Below are positions 1 to 13,463 of a DNA stretch of 64,000 nt, one piece after another (position 1 is the stretch's first letter; each line of letters begins with the position of its first letter). The translations under genes were made by a program, and so were the position numbers. Below the pieces are notes generated by a model. The model ran no database searches. It had not been told where the DNA came from and saw only the letters and a list, made by a program, of their open reading frames with translations. The stretch comes from Vermamoeba vermiformis (lineage: Eukaryota): contig JBEWZL010000232.1 in the NCBI GenBank assembly GCA_045837725.1, forward strand, positions 186,001 through 250,000, in the 5' to 3' direction.

Positions 1-3000
1 ATTGTTAATTTAAACCTACGGCGTACTTATAATTAATTCCTAATTTTTTAAAGGTAAAATTCAGGTGTACGACAGAAACAATGATTCTCCGTTGTTATTT
101 GAGTTCAATACAAGGAACTCGACGATTTACAGCCTACAGTACATGAATGAGAACGGATAGTACGTTATTTTACTGACAAAACGCTCAGCATTGACATTTC
201 TTCAGTGTTTTAACAATCGAAAAAGAACGCGAGCAATCAGCAATTAATGTGATTCGAATTTACACTAACTGGAGAGATCTGCCACAACAATATGGTACGT
301 TTAAAAGATCAACGTACGTGTCAGTTAATCGTCGAATTTTTGTAGACTTGGTCGATGCTACATCATCCATGACACCTGTCAAATCAGGAATGTCGTTGAA
401 AGAAGTACAAAATATTGCACCTGAGGTATGACAAACAATTGAATGGTTGAATATGGACTAATGACTGACAGCGTCACAAACTTCTTGTGTACACATTACC
501 ACTTCCGAGTTCAGTGCAAACAATGTCAGTTTGTCCTGTCAGCAGTTACATTGCCGCGTGCACGGATAAAGTGATATCGATATATTCAGCAAAGGCGAAT
601 AGTCCGATAGAATGGGTCTTGGACATAAAGGCCGATGAAGTCAAAAAGGTCGTGTTGTATGATAGATATTTAGGTAAGTATACGAAGCTTCAAATATTAC
701 ACGATACGATCTAATCGATGATTTTAGCGTATTACACCGAGAAAGAGGTGTTTGCATTGAAATTGAAGATTGAAAAAGTTAACGACAAACAGCCATCAGA
801 TTTCACAGATTTGTGATGGCAAAAGAGATCGCTCAGCCTCAAGCACGAGATAGTGATACTATGCATAGTGTCGCATTTAAAAATATTGAAATAGCGTCGA
901 GGAAGTTAACGCTGTCTCGTGCAAACAGTCAAACATTTAGTGCTGACGACAAGTCTGGTCAAAAGTATTCTTATTACGAAGAGGACGAGCAGTACATTGA
1001 GTGCGTGTTTGATGACTCACAAATCATTCCGTGGGTCAACATTAACGTCCCTAGTCTGGCACAAGTCAATGCCGCAACATTTGCAAGCATCAACACGCCC
1101 AAAGAGATCTTAGGGCCTATCAAAGACGTTCATATTGTGACAGTCAACGTAGAAGATAATTTCAGGCTACGATCCTCGTCTGTGATGTATTACAAGTACG
1201 TAGTATATTTTGCAACCCAACGAGTATTAACAAAGAGTATAGACGGTTGGCACAAAACGAATCGATTCAGCAGATCTGTTTGGTACCTGAATATGCTGAT
1301 CAAGCTGGCGCTAAGAACAAGTTGAGTGGCATGCGCTTGTTAGTGTCCACGACGCGTCAAGTGAGTACATTTATATCTTAATACGGCACATGATTAACGA
1401 CCGATTAGGGAGTGCTGTTCGATATTTCCAACAACACGCACCACATTATCACGTTCAACTACAGTGACGACATTATTGACTGTGTGGCCTCACCAATGTT
1501 CTTGTACTCGATCACTGATACTGGTACGACAATACCATGTTATTTCGGTGTTGTTTATACATTTACGTAGGGCTTGAAATCTTCGCCATGCGTGCCACGC
1601 GAAGTAGTTTTGACGACAACTCGATGCCAACAACTAAGCCGTGCATCATCGGCATTCAACCTTTCAATGGCCTCAAGACACTCGTAGTCGAAAAAGACAC
1701 GCTCGTATTGATGTGCTTGTAAGTGCTTTATTACTTGACATCCGTACCTCCATTAACCAACCATTATTCAGAATCTCCGAGGCTGCTCTGCTACGAAAAA
1801 TGTCGCAAAAGATTGACGTGAAGGGAATGACCAAATCACCGTCAAAGAAAGAAGATGTCATGGGCTGGAACATTTACACATTGAAGCACACCACGACCGC
1901 TGACATTTTCAACCAAATTTCACGCAAGGCAGAGACTTCGCGCGACAATCAAACCGTCGAATATCAATTGTTGCTCGAAGCACATGCCCTCGTGTCATCA
2001 GCGCTGAGTTATTCGCAAGACAAACAAGCGGAGAGTGAACAACAGCCTTTGACAACTCTGCTGAAGTATTGCAATGGTTTGCTGGCTGGTGTAAGTACAC
2101 TATTTTAAAGTTCATTATTTGCAAATGGCTCATTTGTTGTAGTACTGTCTTCGCACGGACAACTACAGCAATGCCACATCACTGTTCTTCCAATCAGAAG
2201 TGCGTCCTCTTGACGTGTGCAATCAATTCGTCGAGAAGATCAAAACAGGGGTGAGTGAAGAGAGCAGCACGAGCAGCAAAAAGAAGTTCGATGACCCCAT
2301 TATGAGTCTGCACACCGCTTTCGATCAGTACCTCAATTCAGCCCTGTTTTCTCACGACGGTGTAAGTATTGGTAATTTTGTAATATTAAACCGGTGCTAA
2401 TGATTGAACAGACCTTTGAATTCAATGAAGAAGACGCGTTTATGGCAAATTTGATATTGGATCATTATTGTCGCTTCAATCCGTTCAAACTCGGCAAAGT
2501 TATTTTGGAGTCATCGCTGAACTACTACAACAAAGAAGTAGCGATCAATTACCTCGAAAAGGCTGAGGTGCGTCTTTTGTGCCGTACTATTTGTGTACTA
2601 AACTAACTTTCGACTTTGTTTAGCAAGACAAAAATCTCGCGGAGATCTCATTATGGGAGATGAAAATAGCGCTGGTAGTGTTGTATTTGGCGTGTGACTA
2701 CCGAGACAAGTAAGAATAGGAAAAATACGTGTATTATTACCGACGACTAATCACTCACTAGGGCATTGACACTGCTCAACAAAATCCCTCAAAACTTGTT
2801 GGTCTATTATTGCTCGCAAAATCCCAAGCTCTTGGATGGTAATACTTAACGCACGTAATATAGTCGCCTTATTAATGTTTTCCATAGCTGGTGAGCACAC
2901 ATTAGGCAAGGCACTGCGCGAGTGTGCCCCGTGGACGTTGTTAGAGATCTTAGTTCGTGTAGACTACAAACAGTACGAGTTTTGGTAATGTAACGCGTGC

Positions 3001-4643
3001 GAGTGCTTTAATTACTAACTCTTATTAAGGATGCCGAGTCGTAAGCCTGTGCGTCAGAACAGATTCTCTATGACATTAGGACTGTTAGCAAATACATCAC
3101 ATTTAGAACAACTCGAACAACAGTTGCAAGAGCTCAGCGAACAACGACAGTTGTTGCAAAAACAATTGGAGGCTCAAAAAGATCAATCACAACAGTTGCA
3201 AGACCTTAATGAACAGATCGCGCAACTGAAACAAATGCAAAAACAACAAGAAGAGCAGATCCAACATTACAAAACTGAAGTGTTGAACGAGGACAGCAAG
3301 GCAGCGCAAAACAATGTCGCGGAGTTAGTTCAAACACCGAGCAAGTCATCGTTGTTCGCGCTGAGTCCCTTGACCAAGAAACGATTGAGCAACGAATTGC
3401 GCTTCAAAAATGAGAGCAGGTACGCGAGCTACAATATTATATAATAGTGTGACTAACGTGCCTTAGAATCCTATCAATGTGCTACCTCGAGGCACTGTTG
3501 ATTGAAAAGAGCAAGCAGTACGCACAATCACCCTCGAAAGAACTCGAACGAGACATTGAAGTGCTGTTCACGCGCCTGTCAAAAGTGTACTACGAGATAC
3601 TGCTCTTGACTGACGTGGAAGAGATTGAGGATTTGTACCATCAAATCTGCAGCGTGGCGTCAGATCAAGAGATTGACTCGACACAAGGCAAGAAACTATC
3701 GTTCGAGTACATTTGGAAGTACTTCCACGTGCATTGCTTCAACGCCTTCCCGAGGCACAAGTGGCTCGAACAATTGCCGCCGTTGAGCGAGACTTTGAAC
3801 CAGCCCATGCAAGCCCTGCAGACACCAGACAGCTCTGCGAACAACTCACCGACTGCCTCGATGAAAAACATTGAAATGTCGCTCGGGCTCACTGAACAGC
3901 AGCTCAAAGCGGATCATTTCTATTTAAGGAAATTCCAAACGATCCTGAGCAGCGATATTCCGCGCAACAATGAAGAGGTGATGTCGCTGATTGATTCGGA
4001 GTACCAGCTGAAGGACTATTTGTTGTTCTCACTGCGCATCTTGTGCTTGCCTCGCGTTAACCAGTACGTGCCCTAGCATCTTATGATACGCTTACTAACT
4101 TATTATCAGGCTACCTGAGGGCGTTAATTCATTGATTAAGAGCACACCACACGTTATCATTGACTATTTGAAGCACTATTGTCAGAAGGTACGTGCTCGC
4201 GTCGTTTTTGAACTTCATTTTGCTAAATAGTATGCGAAACAGAAAGAAGATTGGGCGATCGTGCTAAATACCTTGTGGCAAGCAGCTGTTAATTTAGAGT
4301 CTAAGATGGTCAATGAAGCACCGTCCACTGCGGTAAGTTCCTATCAGTTTTGGTTGAAGATCCGATTTAATATGAGCAACAGGACGAAGAACTAATCAAC
4401 CAGTACACGATTATTCTTAATCATACTGCGAAGCAATTATCTCCAGATGAATTTTTAGCCTTGTTGCCCGTGGATGTAAGTTATTTTTAGCTTTTTTGGA
4501 TCCGAAGCGAAACTAATGCTATGACGCAGGGTGATCTTAAATTCTTCTTGCCATTCATCGAGACAAACTTCAGACTGTACAAATCCAACAAATTGTTGAA
4601 TAGAATTCAAAAACAAGCGCTGAAAGAGCAAGAGGAACAATAG
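1..4643 (+). CDS. HPS3: HPS3-like BLOC-2 subunit, multi-exon, 5' end probably outside the window
   Basis: Exon peptides IRIYTNWR and VYTLPLPSSVQTMSVCPVSSYIAACTDKVISIY, plus C-terminal FLALLPVD/GDLKFFLPFIE, resemble recalled HPS3 motifs (LRAYVNWR; IEMPL..ISCCPV..VGCTNK; LLPEDG..FFLPY). Many GT-AG introns; stop TAG at 4641-4643. Confidence 0.72.
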
Positions 4644-4771
4644 ATCTTGCTTCAATTCAATAAAATTGTACATAAACTGCCTAATTTAAATATTACATAG
4701 TCATGTCGCATTATTTATTTACAAGGAATAATTAACAGAAGCATATTAAATGAAAGTGGATCGCGATCACC

Positions 4772-5318
4772 TCATCCTTCAGCCTTATTCATCATATCAT
4801 CAGTTTCAAAAGCTTTTCTTGCAGCTTTCAATTCTTCGTTCATTTGTAACAGTTCAATAGCACGAGCATATTTCTTGCGGTCCTTTCTAATTAAAAACAC
4901 CAGATCTTCAGTTTGTAATTTGCCTTTTTTACCAATTGTAATGGCGCGCGTAGTCTATCCAATGAATATTAATATGAATATGTAATGGTGTATTATTTAA
5001 TACTTACCATCTCATATATGAAGTCCAGAACCATGTCTTCGAGCAGTTCGACACTCGCGTCATAAGGATTTGATACATCACTTATAAAAATTAGTAAATA
5101 TATGTACGATTACAAATAATATTAATATTTACTAATATGTTGCTGTTTGCAAATTATTAAAAAAATTCTTACCCAAATCCGTACATCATGGCCATCACTA
5201 ACAATGAAAACAATACTATTAATATTAACGAAAATATTTAATAATTATAACGATACGTACGTTCTTTTTTGAACGTTCCTTTCTTTTTCACTAATCCACC
5301 GTTTGCTGTCTTCTCCAT
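4772..5318 (-). CDS. TAF13: TFIID subunit TAF13 (histone fold), 4 short exons
   Basis: Manual splice gives MEKTANGGLVKKKGTFKKELMAMMYGFGDVSNPYDASVELLEDMVLDFIYEM..KLQTEDLVFLIRKDRKKYARAIELLQMNEELKAARKAF, matching the TAF13 signature MMYGFGD / LIRKD.KK.AR..ELL.MNEELK.ARKAF. Missed by the ORF track. Confidence 0.92.
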
Positions 5319-5476
5319 TTTCCTAGTGCTTATAGTACATATAATATTACAATGCTATTCTATTTATCAAATTTAAAATGATTCACACGAGGCGTGTTCT
5401 GGAGGAAAGAAACGAAAGAAAAATAAAATCTTTTGAAATGTCTCAGAAGAATTAATCACCTTTTACCAACACAACG

Positions 5477-7186
5477 ATGAGCACAAATAATACTAGCGTA
5501 TCCACATCGCGACGAAGAGCGCGTAGCAGAAGTGCTCCTGCATCTGATCGACCGGCGAAGAGACAAAAAACCACCCATGACGTCTCTCAGCTTTATAATC
5601 AAGGTTTAGAAAGCTTTTTGAAGACACCTACAATGCTATCATCGGCACTAGGAGCAATGGTTGATATAGGGTCAGTATTAACTGATTTCATTATTGAAAA
5701 TCAAGTTTGAATTGACATTTAGACCTTCAAAAAATCCTCCAAAATTTTTAAACAGTAATTATAAGGTGCTTTTAAATAATAATTAAAAGATACGCGACAA
5801 TATCTCGCTCATGAATTTCCTGAAAATTTTAATGATTTGTTTTGCAGATCTCAATTAATGCGACAGTTGCAAGCACAGCTCCTTCAGCCCAATGCTACCA
5901 CGATGAAGAAAATGAAAAGGATGAGTGCGCCAAAGACCTCCAATAAGAATAAAGAACGAAACACGAACAAAAAGCCAACCATCGTTATCGATCTGGATGA
6001 GGAGGCAACGGATGAGGTTCAAGTCATACACTCTAAGCAATCCAAATTATCGATAACATATGATGATGATTTTGAGCGACCAACGCTCACTAGAACCGGA
6101 TCTTCAAAGAGTAAAAGTACCGCTGCTTCAGACAAGCCAGGAATGAACCGAACAAACTCGCGCATGAGATCATCTATTATTGAAGACAATAGAATGGTCG
6201 TGGACGAAGATGAAGACACGGAACAGAACTACAGCCAGTTGTCAAATTCAGCCGGTCTGCTGTTGCTGCACTCAAGCCAGAAGAGCAATAAGAGCAATAA
6301 TAACAATACTAATAAGGACGCTAATGCAGCGAATAAATCGCGCAAGAACAGAAAAGAGTTGTCGAGTGACAATTATCCGTCGGATATGGAATTCAGTTCG
6401 CAAGACAAACGCAGTCGAATGGACTTTAGAAACAGTGCTAGCTCGATATTTGTGCTGCATCCGCAAATGGAAAATCAGTTGAAAGAGGCAGAGGCTGTGT
6501 TCGGTGACAAATTAGTGAAAATTGACACGACGACAAAGTACGGCCAATGACTTATCTTAATTACTATAATTGACTAATAACATCATAGGGGTGCCTTCCC
6601 TTGGAACAAATTCAATCCTCGTTACGGCAATGGCGGCATTACTGTATGTACTTGGATCTGTTTAAATGAGTAATCCTAACCCCGATTGTTTTTGACAGAT
6701 CCCTTTCCTTGGTGGAGCTCAATCAATGTCCGTGCAAGGCATATATGAGGGCATGAAAGTCACGGCAGATTCAGGCATTGACACTTCGAAGTTTAAAGAA
6801 CAAAGTGGCAAAGGACTGCAGCGCAAAGGTGAAGTGTTGGGCTGGCAAAAGGTACGTGCTAAATACAGCAACTCGTTCATGAAACGTGCCTTAATACTCT
6901 TGCCCAGGGCCACAACGAAGAGGTCTTGTTCAGTGAAGGCGATGCATTGTGGTATTACTATATTATTCCGTACAAACAGCTGCTGGACGAAGTGCTCAAT
7001 CATGAAGTGGTGGCCTTACAAAGCCTCTTAAAAGAGAAAAAGAAGCTTATTATTCTCGACACTGAAAGAAATTTTGATATTGATAACCTGCGGAAGCCTT
7101 TAAGTCACGGCTACTTGCTCAAATGTTATTTGGAGGGCAATTATCCTTCTCGATCCGACATCAACCTGGAAGACATGTACGAATAA
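5477..7186 (+). CDS. Protein with long disordered N-terminus and C-terminal DUF6939-like (probable NADAR-fold) domain
   Basis: Spliced C-terminus IDTTTK-GAFPWNKFNPRYGNGGIT-IPFLGGAQSMSVQGIYEGMKV...LIILDTERNFDIDNLRKPLSHGYLLKCYLEG resembles recalled bacterial DUF6939 (LSPFYPHGGIPVPF..SVEGIWQGLKVF...LLDY.TN.D....KPLSHA.L.K.Y.EG). N-terminus has NLS-like RPAKRQK and SIM-like IVIDLDEE. Confidence 0.62.
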
Positions 7187-7481
7187 ACTAACCCGAACCA
7201 CTTTCACCTTGCTTTTTTTGTACTCAATATTCAATAAGACCTCCTTGTTGCTGTTAAGTCCGTAAATTTAAATTTGGCGGCAAACGAGTTTTATTTCATT
7301 TGTTCGTATTGCACGCGTCAACATCACGACGTTCATAGTTTATTGATTATTAATATATCAATAAGAGAAAACTCTTCATAATAGAACCATCGGTTGGTCA
7401 AGTGTTATTTGTAACGGCTCTTGATTGATCGTTCAAACACAAGATTCGAGTTTTCAATATTATATTTATCAACCGATAATT

Positions 7482-10400
7482 ATGGAGGCGGATGATATAG
7501 CCGTTATATTGGAAAATCTATCTTCTCCAGGCAAGATTACTCAAACAACGAAAATTAATTACAAAATACTCCATCTACTCTTCCTAACGGAGAATTTTTG
7601 CTCCTAATAGCCCATTATTTGTTTAATTGCATAGTAATAATTTTCGCTTGTATTTTCTTTAGATAGCAAACAACGCCAACCAGCTATTGCGGATTTTATC
7701 AAATATGTAAACGATGAAGACAAATCACTGAAGGTAATCACAAATAATTCATGCAATTAATTTCAGCATTTTTTAACAAACAAATTTCGTATTAATTATG
7801 ATCCGAGTTGAAAACTGATCTCTTGGATCCGTATTTCATGAATTGTTGATTAACCACGCGTATTATATCAGCCCGAAGAAATTCACCAATCCGTTGCTGC
7901 CCTTGCCATTAGCATTAAGGACAATAATATGAAGATTTGCCAAGCTGCCATGGGTGCCGTGGAGACTCTCGTACGTAGAATCTTCTTATCGCGTTGTTAC
8001 GAAATTGAATGAGCGATGGAATATTTGATATTGCCTTAATATGACGAGAATGCAGCGTGACATCTCGCGACTGAACACGAATTCGATTCGCGACATTGAC
8101 TAACAGAATCTTTGGTGTTCAGGTGGCTTATTTGACGCGCACGAACACCGCTGCGTCAGTGAACACAATGACCGAGCTCGTGGAGCCAATTGCTGAACGA
8201 TTAGGCGACTCGAGTGTCAAGTCACACGTGCGCATGATTGCTCATGACGTGTTGTTGTCGCTGATGGTCGTGTTGACACCCGTGAAGACCTTGACGCACT
8301 TGAAAGAGTACTTTGTGCACAAGAACCACCGCGTCAGAGAGATGGTATGTGTCATTCATTCAATTAATAAGCACGTGCTAATGCGTATTCAGATGATGCA
8401 ATTGGTCCACAAAACAATCGAAAAGTTCGGCAAGAATGAAGTTCGTCCTGACGAGTGGATCGATCACGTGATTGCAGACTTAGAGGACTCGCAGAATTCG
8501 GTTCGTGAAGCCGCTCTGAAAGCCATCGAGGGCATTTACAAGTACGTCAATTAGACACCCTTCAAAATGATCCGTATTTATTTATTATTGTGCAAATAGA
8601 CTCGATCACTCGTTGCGTGCCCTGTTGGAAACTAAAAATATCAGCAAGCTTCATTACGATTTGGTGCGTGCAAAATTAGATGCGGTGGATGGCATCAAAC
8701 AGGCGCAAGTTGCATCGCCTCGCTCCACACTTACCAGCTCCAGAGTAAGTGTTGTCAAGTTGTGCTTATTATTAATTTTATCTCTAACGTCAATTTAGGG
8801 CTCCAAACATTTGTCAATGGAAATCAAACCAATTCGCATTTCAAACGAGGCAGAATTACAACGAGAAATTGAATCGATGAAAACTATTTTTGGCGTTGTT
8901 GACGAGTGGGAACAACGCGTGGATAATTTAAAGAAACTGCAACAAATGGCGCAAATGGGATTGCATCAGTCATTCCCGAATTTTATCAATTATTTGAAAG
9001 ATTTGCAAGATTCATTGAGCGCACAGGTAAAAAATAATCGATTAACACATTGATATTGTGCTAAACTAACGAACAATATGTCATAGATTGGTGATTTGCG
9101 TTCATCAGTAGTGAAAGAAGCGTGCCTTACATTGTCAGTCCTCGCCACTAACCTCGGCGAGTCGTTCAATTCATTCGTGGAATTTTTCTTCCCGAGTCTG
9201 TTGAAGTTGACATTTGTCACCATTCAAGTCGTGTCTGAGGCTGGTGACTCGTGCATGAAAGTCATGTTGAAGCACACCAAGCCCAATATTGTCAATAAGA
9301 TCACATTTGAAGCTATGAAGAGCAAGCACAGCATTTCGAGATTAAGGTAAATTATTCCCTATGCATTTGTCTGCGGTGCTAATTTTGCATGTCAGATGCA
9401 ATGAATATATTCTACTGTTATTGAAGGACAAGCCAAAGAGCTATTTAGACAAATACGTTGAAGACATTGAACAAGCGGTCAAAAAGTGCGTGTCTGATGC
9501 CGACAAAGATGTGCGCGCGTGTGCTCGTGCGTGCTTCTGTTGGTTTGCTAAAACATGGCCGGACCGAGGAGACAAGTTGTTGAAAACATTCGACGGCACG
9601 ACGCAGAAGTACATTGCTGAAGAACAGTCGCGCGTGCTGTCCCAATCGAGTGACGAGCTGCGATCATCTGGCTCAACGACTCAGGCCTCGGGCTACAAAC
9701 GAGTGCCTGTGGGCAAAGAAAAGTAAGTCTTATAAAGGAAATTAGTGTGGAGCTAACCTGAATTAGAACTACTAGCAAGTCACAAGCCACTGTCACCGGC
9801 ATGACCAAGAGCGGTGCCATGCGCGTAGAAATGCCACCTAGCAAATCAAACCCGTCAATCTCAACAAGTGGTGAGACCCCTGCTATTATTCCCAAAGCCA
9901 CCACTGCTCAGCGTGTACCTGTGGCCGACAAGCCTTGTAAGTTTTGAATACGCGCATGCTAGTTGGTTGTTAACTCCAAATTAGGGAAGAAAAAACCGAC
10001 AGCCCAACCACCCAAGAGTGCTGCGCCACCAAACAAGTTGCAAAAATCCGACGGCAATGAGGCTGAGACAGCTGCACCGACCACAGCCGCAGAGCCCTTA
10101 GCGATGTCTGATGATCTGTTGATCTTCGACACGAACAGTTTTGCAGCACCTAGCAATACAAATCAGCCCAAACAAACTACTGCCCTTCGGATATCACAAC
10201 AAAAAGATGTTAACGAGGAACTTATCTCTGGCAATTTTGACGAGAAGTGGCAGCTCATTAACACGAATGCAGCCAACGCCCAGAACTGGTCCTTGCGTGT
10301 GGACGCATTTGCAGAGCTAAAGTCCATGTACGGCAGTGACACCTTCAACTCACACGTGCTCAACAACCCCGTGAAGAACGAGAAGTTGATCAAGCTGTAT

Positions 10401-12133
10401 TCCACGCACCTGTTTGACCCGCACTTCAAGGTCGTGAATCAGTGCCTCGACAGTTTAATCAAGCTCGTGTCTGGCCATCCAAAATACATTGAGAGCAATT
10501 GGGACAAAATCGCACCTCACTTGTTGAAGCTCCTCGGAGGTAAGCATACAACACGCATTATAACACATGTGCTAACGGCTACTAGGACAAATGACACTCC
10601 GTGATGACACGCGACAGCACATTCAGCAAGTCATCGACACACTCGTTGAAGTGTCAGGAGCAAACTCATCAAATATCTTTAACGCGACGAGCAAACTGTT
10701 GGACAGCAATGACAACAAGGTCAAGATGGGAGCCATGAAGTTCTTGGAGTTGTTCTCGAGTGTAGCTGACAAACAGAACCTGAGCACAGCTAGTAAGTGC
10801 ACAACGATTGCACGCATGCGCGATAATAACCTTCGATATAGATGTCAAACAAACCTTAAAGAAGATCTTGACGTGTGTTAAATGGGACAAGGCCTCAGAT
10901 ATGCGCAAAGCTGCTGTCGATAGTTTGATTGCCATTTATCCTGTCAATCCGAGCCAATTCAAGTCACAAATCTCTTCATTCAATAACGCACAACGCGAAG
11001 ACCTCGTAAAATTGTTGTTACCGAAGATTCCAACGCTATTAGAAGAGGAACCAGAAGAGAAAACTGAGGCACAAGACAAAGTCCCAGAGACCAATGAGGA
11101 CTTGACTTCTTCGGGAAATTTAATTACTTCACGAAAACAAGTCGAAAACGGTCTTGAAGAGCTGTCCCCGACCTGTGACTTTGATGTCAATTCGCCTAAC
11201 AAACTGCCCACAAGTGACGCGGAGACCAACAATGTTACTGTCAATGATAGCGCTGCTTCGAACGTACAAGAGACATCACAAGCTGAGAACGCTGAAGACA
11301 AGCAAGTCAACGGCGATGACACAAAGCACGAGCCCGAGACCAATCACGTTGAAGTTGTAGAACCATCGAGCATACCCTCGTCAAACGAGATTTTGAACAA
11401 CTCGAATGTGCCTGCTAACAACAACGTGAAGCACATGGACGAAGAGGACTTGGAGATTGACCTGACTGCTGCTAGAGAGGCACTTGAGAAGCCCAAAGTG
11501 GACTTGTCCTCGCTAGTGCAGCTACTAGAATCGAGCTCTGCTGTAGAGCGAGGCAATGGCTTTGCAGCACTAATTGACTATGTCATTGATGACGAGGTAA
11601 GCCTAACACACATTAATTCTGCATAACACTAACATATACTATAGCACGATCGACCCCGACAACAAGCAGCAGTTGAGGCCTTGCAAAACACGGTCAAGTC
11701 ACGTGATGATCTGCATCAAGAATTTGCAGTGACAATTGCAGACATGCTCACTGCTCGCAAGCAATTCGACGCCTCGTCGCCAATCTACACTTGTCTGCCG
11801 ATCTTGGCCACGTCAAATACACTGCGAGAACGTGTGACCAAGGACAATGCCGCACCTCTGGGTGTGTTCCAAGCCCTGCTAGTGCACATGTCAGCACAAG
11901 AGATCATCGATAACGTCATGTCAGGCCTTTGGTTTGAGACACTGATGAAAGCGTTTGAAAATGGAGAGCCAGCTGTGCGCAAGACCACCGTCTTCTGCTT
12001 TGTGGAGATATCTGTCAAGCTTGAACCAAGCAAGTACAAGAGCTATTTCTCATCGAAGAATGCCAGCCACATCAAACTGCACAAATTGGTCGATGTTTAC
12101 GTCACTGCCAAGACTAATAATGGCGCTAAATGA
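7482..12133 (+). CDS. CLASP: CLIP-associating protein (CLASP), TOG/HEAT-repeat microtubule regulator
   Basis: TOG2 motifs WEQRVDNLKKLQ, DLRSSVVKEACLTL, CVSDADKDVRACARACF; TOG3 NWSLRVDAF..DPHFKVV; C-terminal PAVRKTTVFCFVEI...KLVDVYV. Confidence 0.88.
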
Positions 12134-12489
12134 CAATTAGTCGAGGGAGAGTCAATGCATCGAGATCTGGAAATGATCACGAACCCGCCCTGCTGTAATA
12201 TTATCTAGGTATATATATGACTGTTCTATGTATTTTATCTATTTATTATTATTGTAATTCTCCCTCGAAGTTGTTCAAAATAACACTTAGTTAAACTTGT
12301 AAATACTCATAATAAAGACCGCACTAAACTCTAAGTAGCTTTATCGTTGTGAGGAATTGCACGGAGGTGCAACGATTTGTACCAAATGGTAAACGAGATT
12401 GCAATCTCGGCAAAAAAAGCTAAATTTACTTCTTTCAGACCGTGCCGTTAAAATTATTCAAGTCTTTATCAATCAAACTACCACGAAAG

Positions 12490-13430
12490 ATGGCAGATGA
12501 CAAATCGGTACGTCCGACGTAAAGAAAACGACAGTTAACGAATTTACTGTTATTCAATTTAAATTCGGTTCGGAAAAGTGCTAAAATTAATTCAACAATT
12601 ATCAGATGCTGGAAGCTCACAAATACGGCCGAGAAAAATTGCTAGGTCTTTTTCCACGCAACAAAAATTTGCTGGAGGAGCTCTCTGTGAATATTGCGCC
12701 AAGCCAATTTATGATCGACTTTGGCAATGCTCAAAATTTTATGATGATGGGCTACTCTAGACACCCCAAGGCGAAGAAGATTAACAACAATTACTTCAAT
12801 TTACTCACCATACCGGACGGATGTGCAGGAGCGTTGTACGGGTATGGTGGAGGTCCCTCGCCTTACAGCGTGATGACCACTGTCATTGGAGATAAAGTCG
12901 CGTGGCCAAAAGTTAAAAATTTAGCAGATGGATCGGACATCCCGATCTCAACAGCTGAAGAGCTTGCGGAAGCACACGAAGGAATCATTAATCAGCTTGA
13001 TGAAAGTATTCAAAACGCAACTACCGCTGAGGACATTAAGAAGGCAGTTGACATCACTTATGACAACTTCAATGTGCTTTACAAGTTTTTAACGGATGTG
13101 GATGAGGCGTTCAAAGACTCACCTACCAGGAAGGCCAAAGAGACTTTACAACAAGGTGTCGAGGAGGTCAACAGACTGCTTGGCGAGGCTGAGCAAAAAC
13201 TGTATGAAGTGCGCGTGTTGGCCATGAAGATGTCTGCGGGGCGCGACGCTCCTGACCAGCCTGACGAACCTGACTACGACATACCTGACTTTGAGTCTCA
13301 ATACGAAGAAAAACGTCAACGCGAACTAGAAGCACAAAAGAACTTCGATCCTATTCGCAAGGTGTTTGCTCCTGCCGGCTTCACACCTGAGGGCTTTGGC
13401 AATCCATTAGAGAACTACGATGATTTTTAA
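12490..13430 (+). CDS. Hypothetical protein (2 exons), helical/acidic C-terminus
   Basis: ATG at 12490 (MADDKS), GT-AG intron, then a 274-codon ORF; no recognised family. Confidence 0.6.
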
Positions 13431-13463
13431 TTAGATGTAGCTGTACAAATATAGACAATTGTA

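Noticed and set aside
7265-7420. E2F/CHR/MSA-like words upstream of CLASP (TTTGGCGG, TTTAAA, AACGG)
   Set aside because: Short single matches in AT-rich DNA; plausible but indistinguishable from chance.
7971-8122. Possible C/D snoRNA in a long CLASP intron (ATGACGA...CTGA)
   Set aside because: No good box C at the stem and no recognisable rRNA/snRNA complement.
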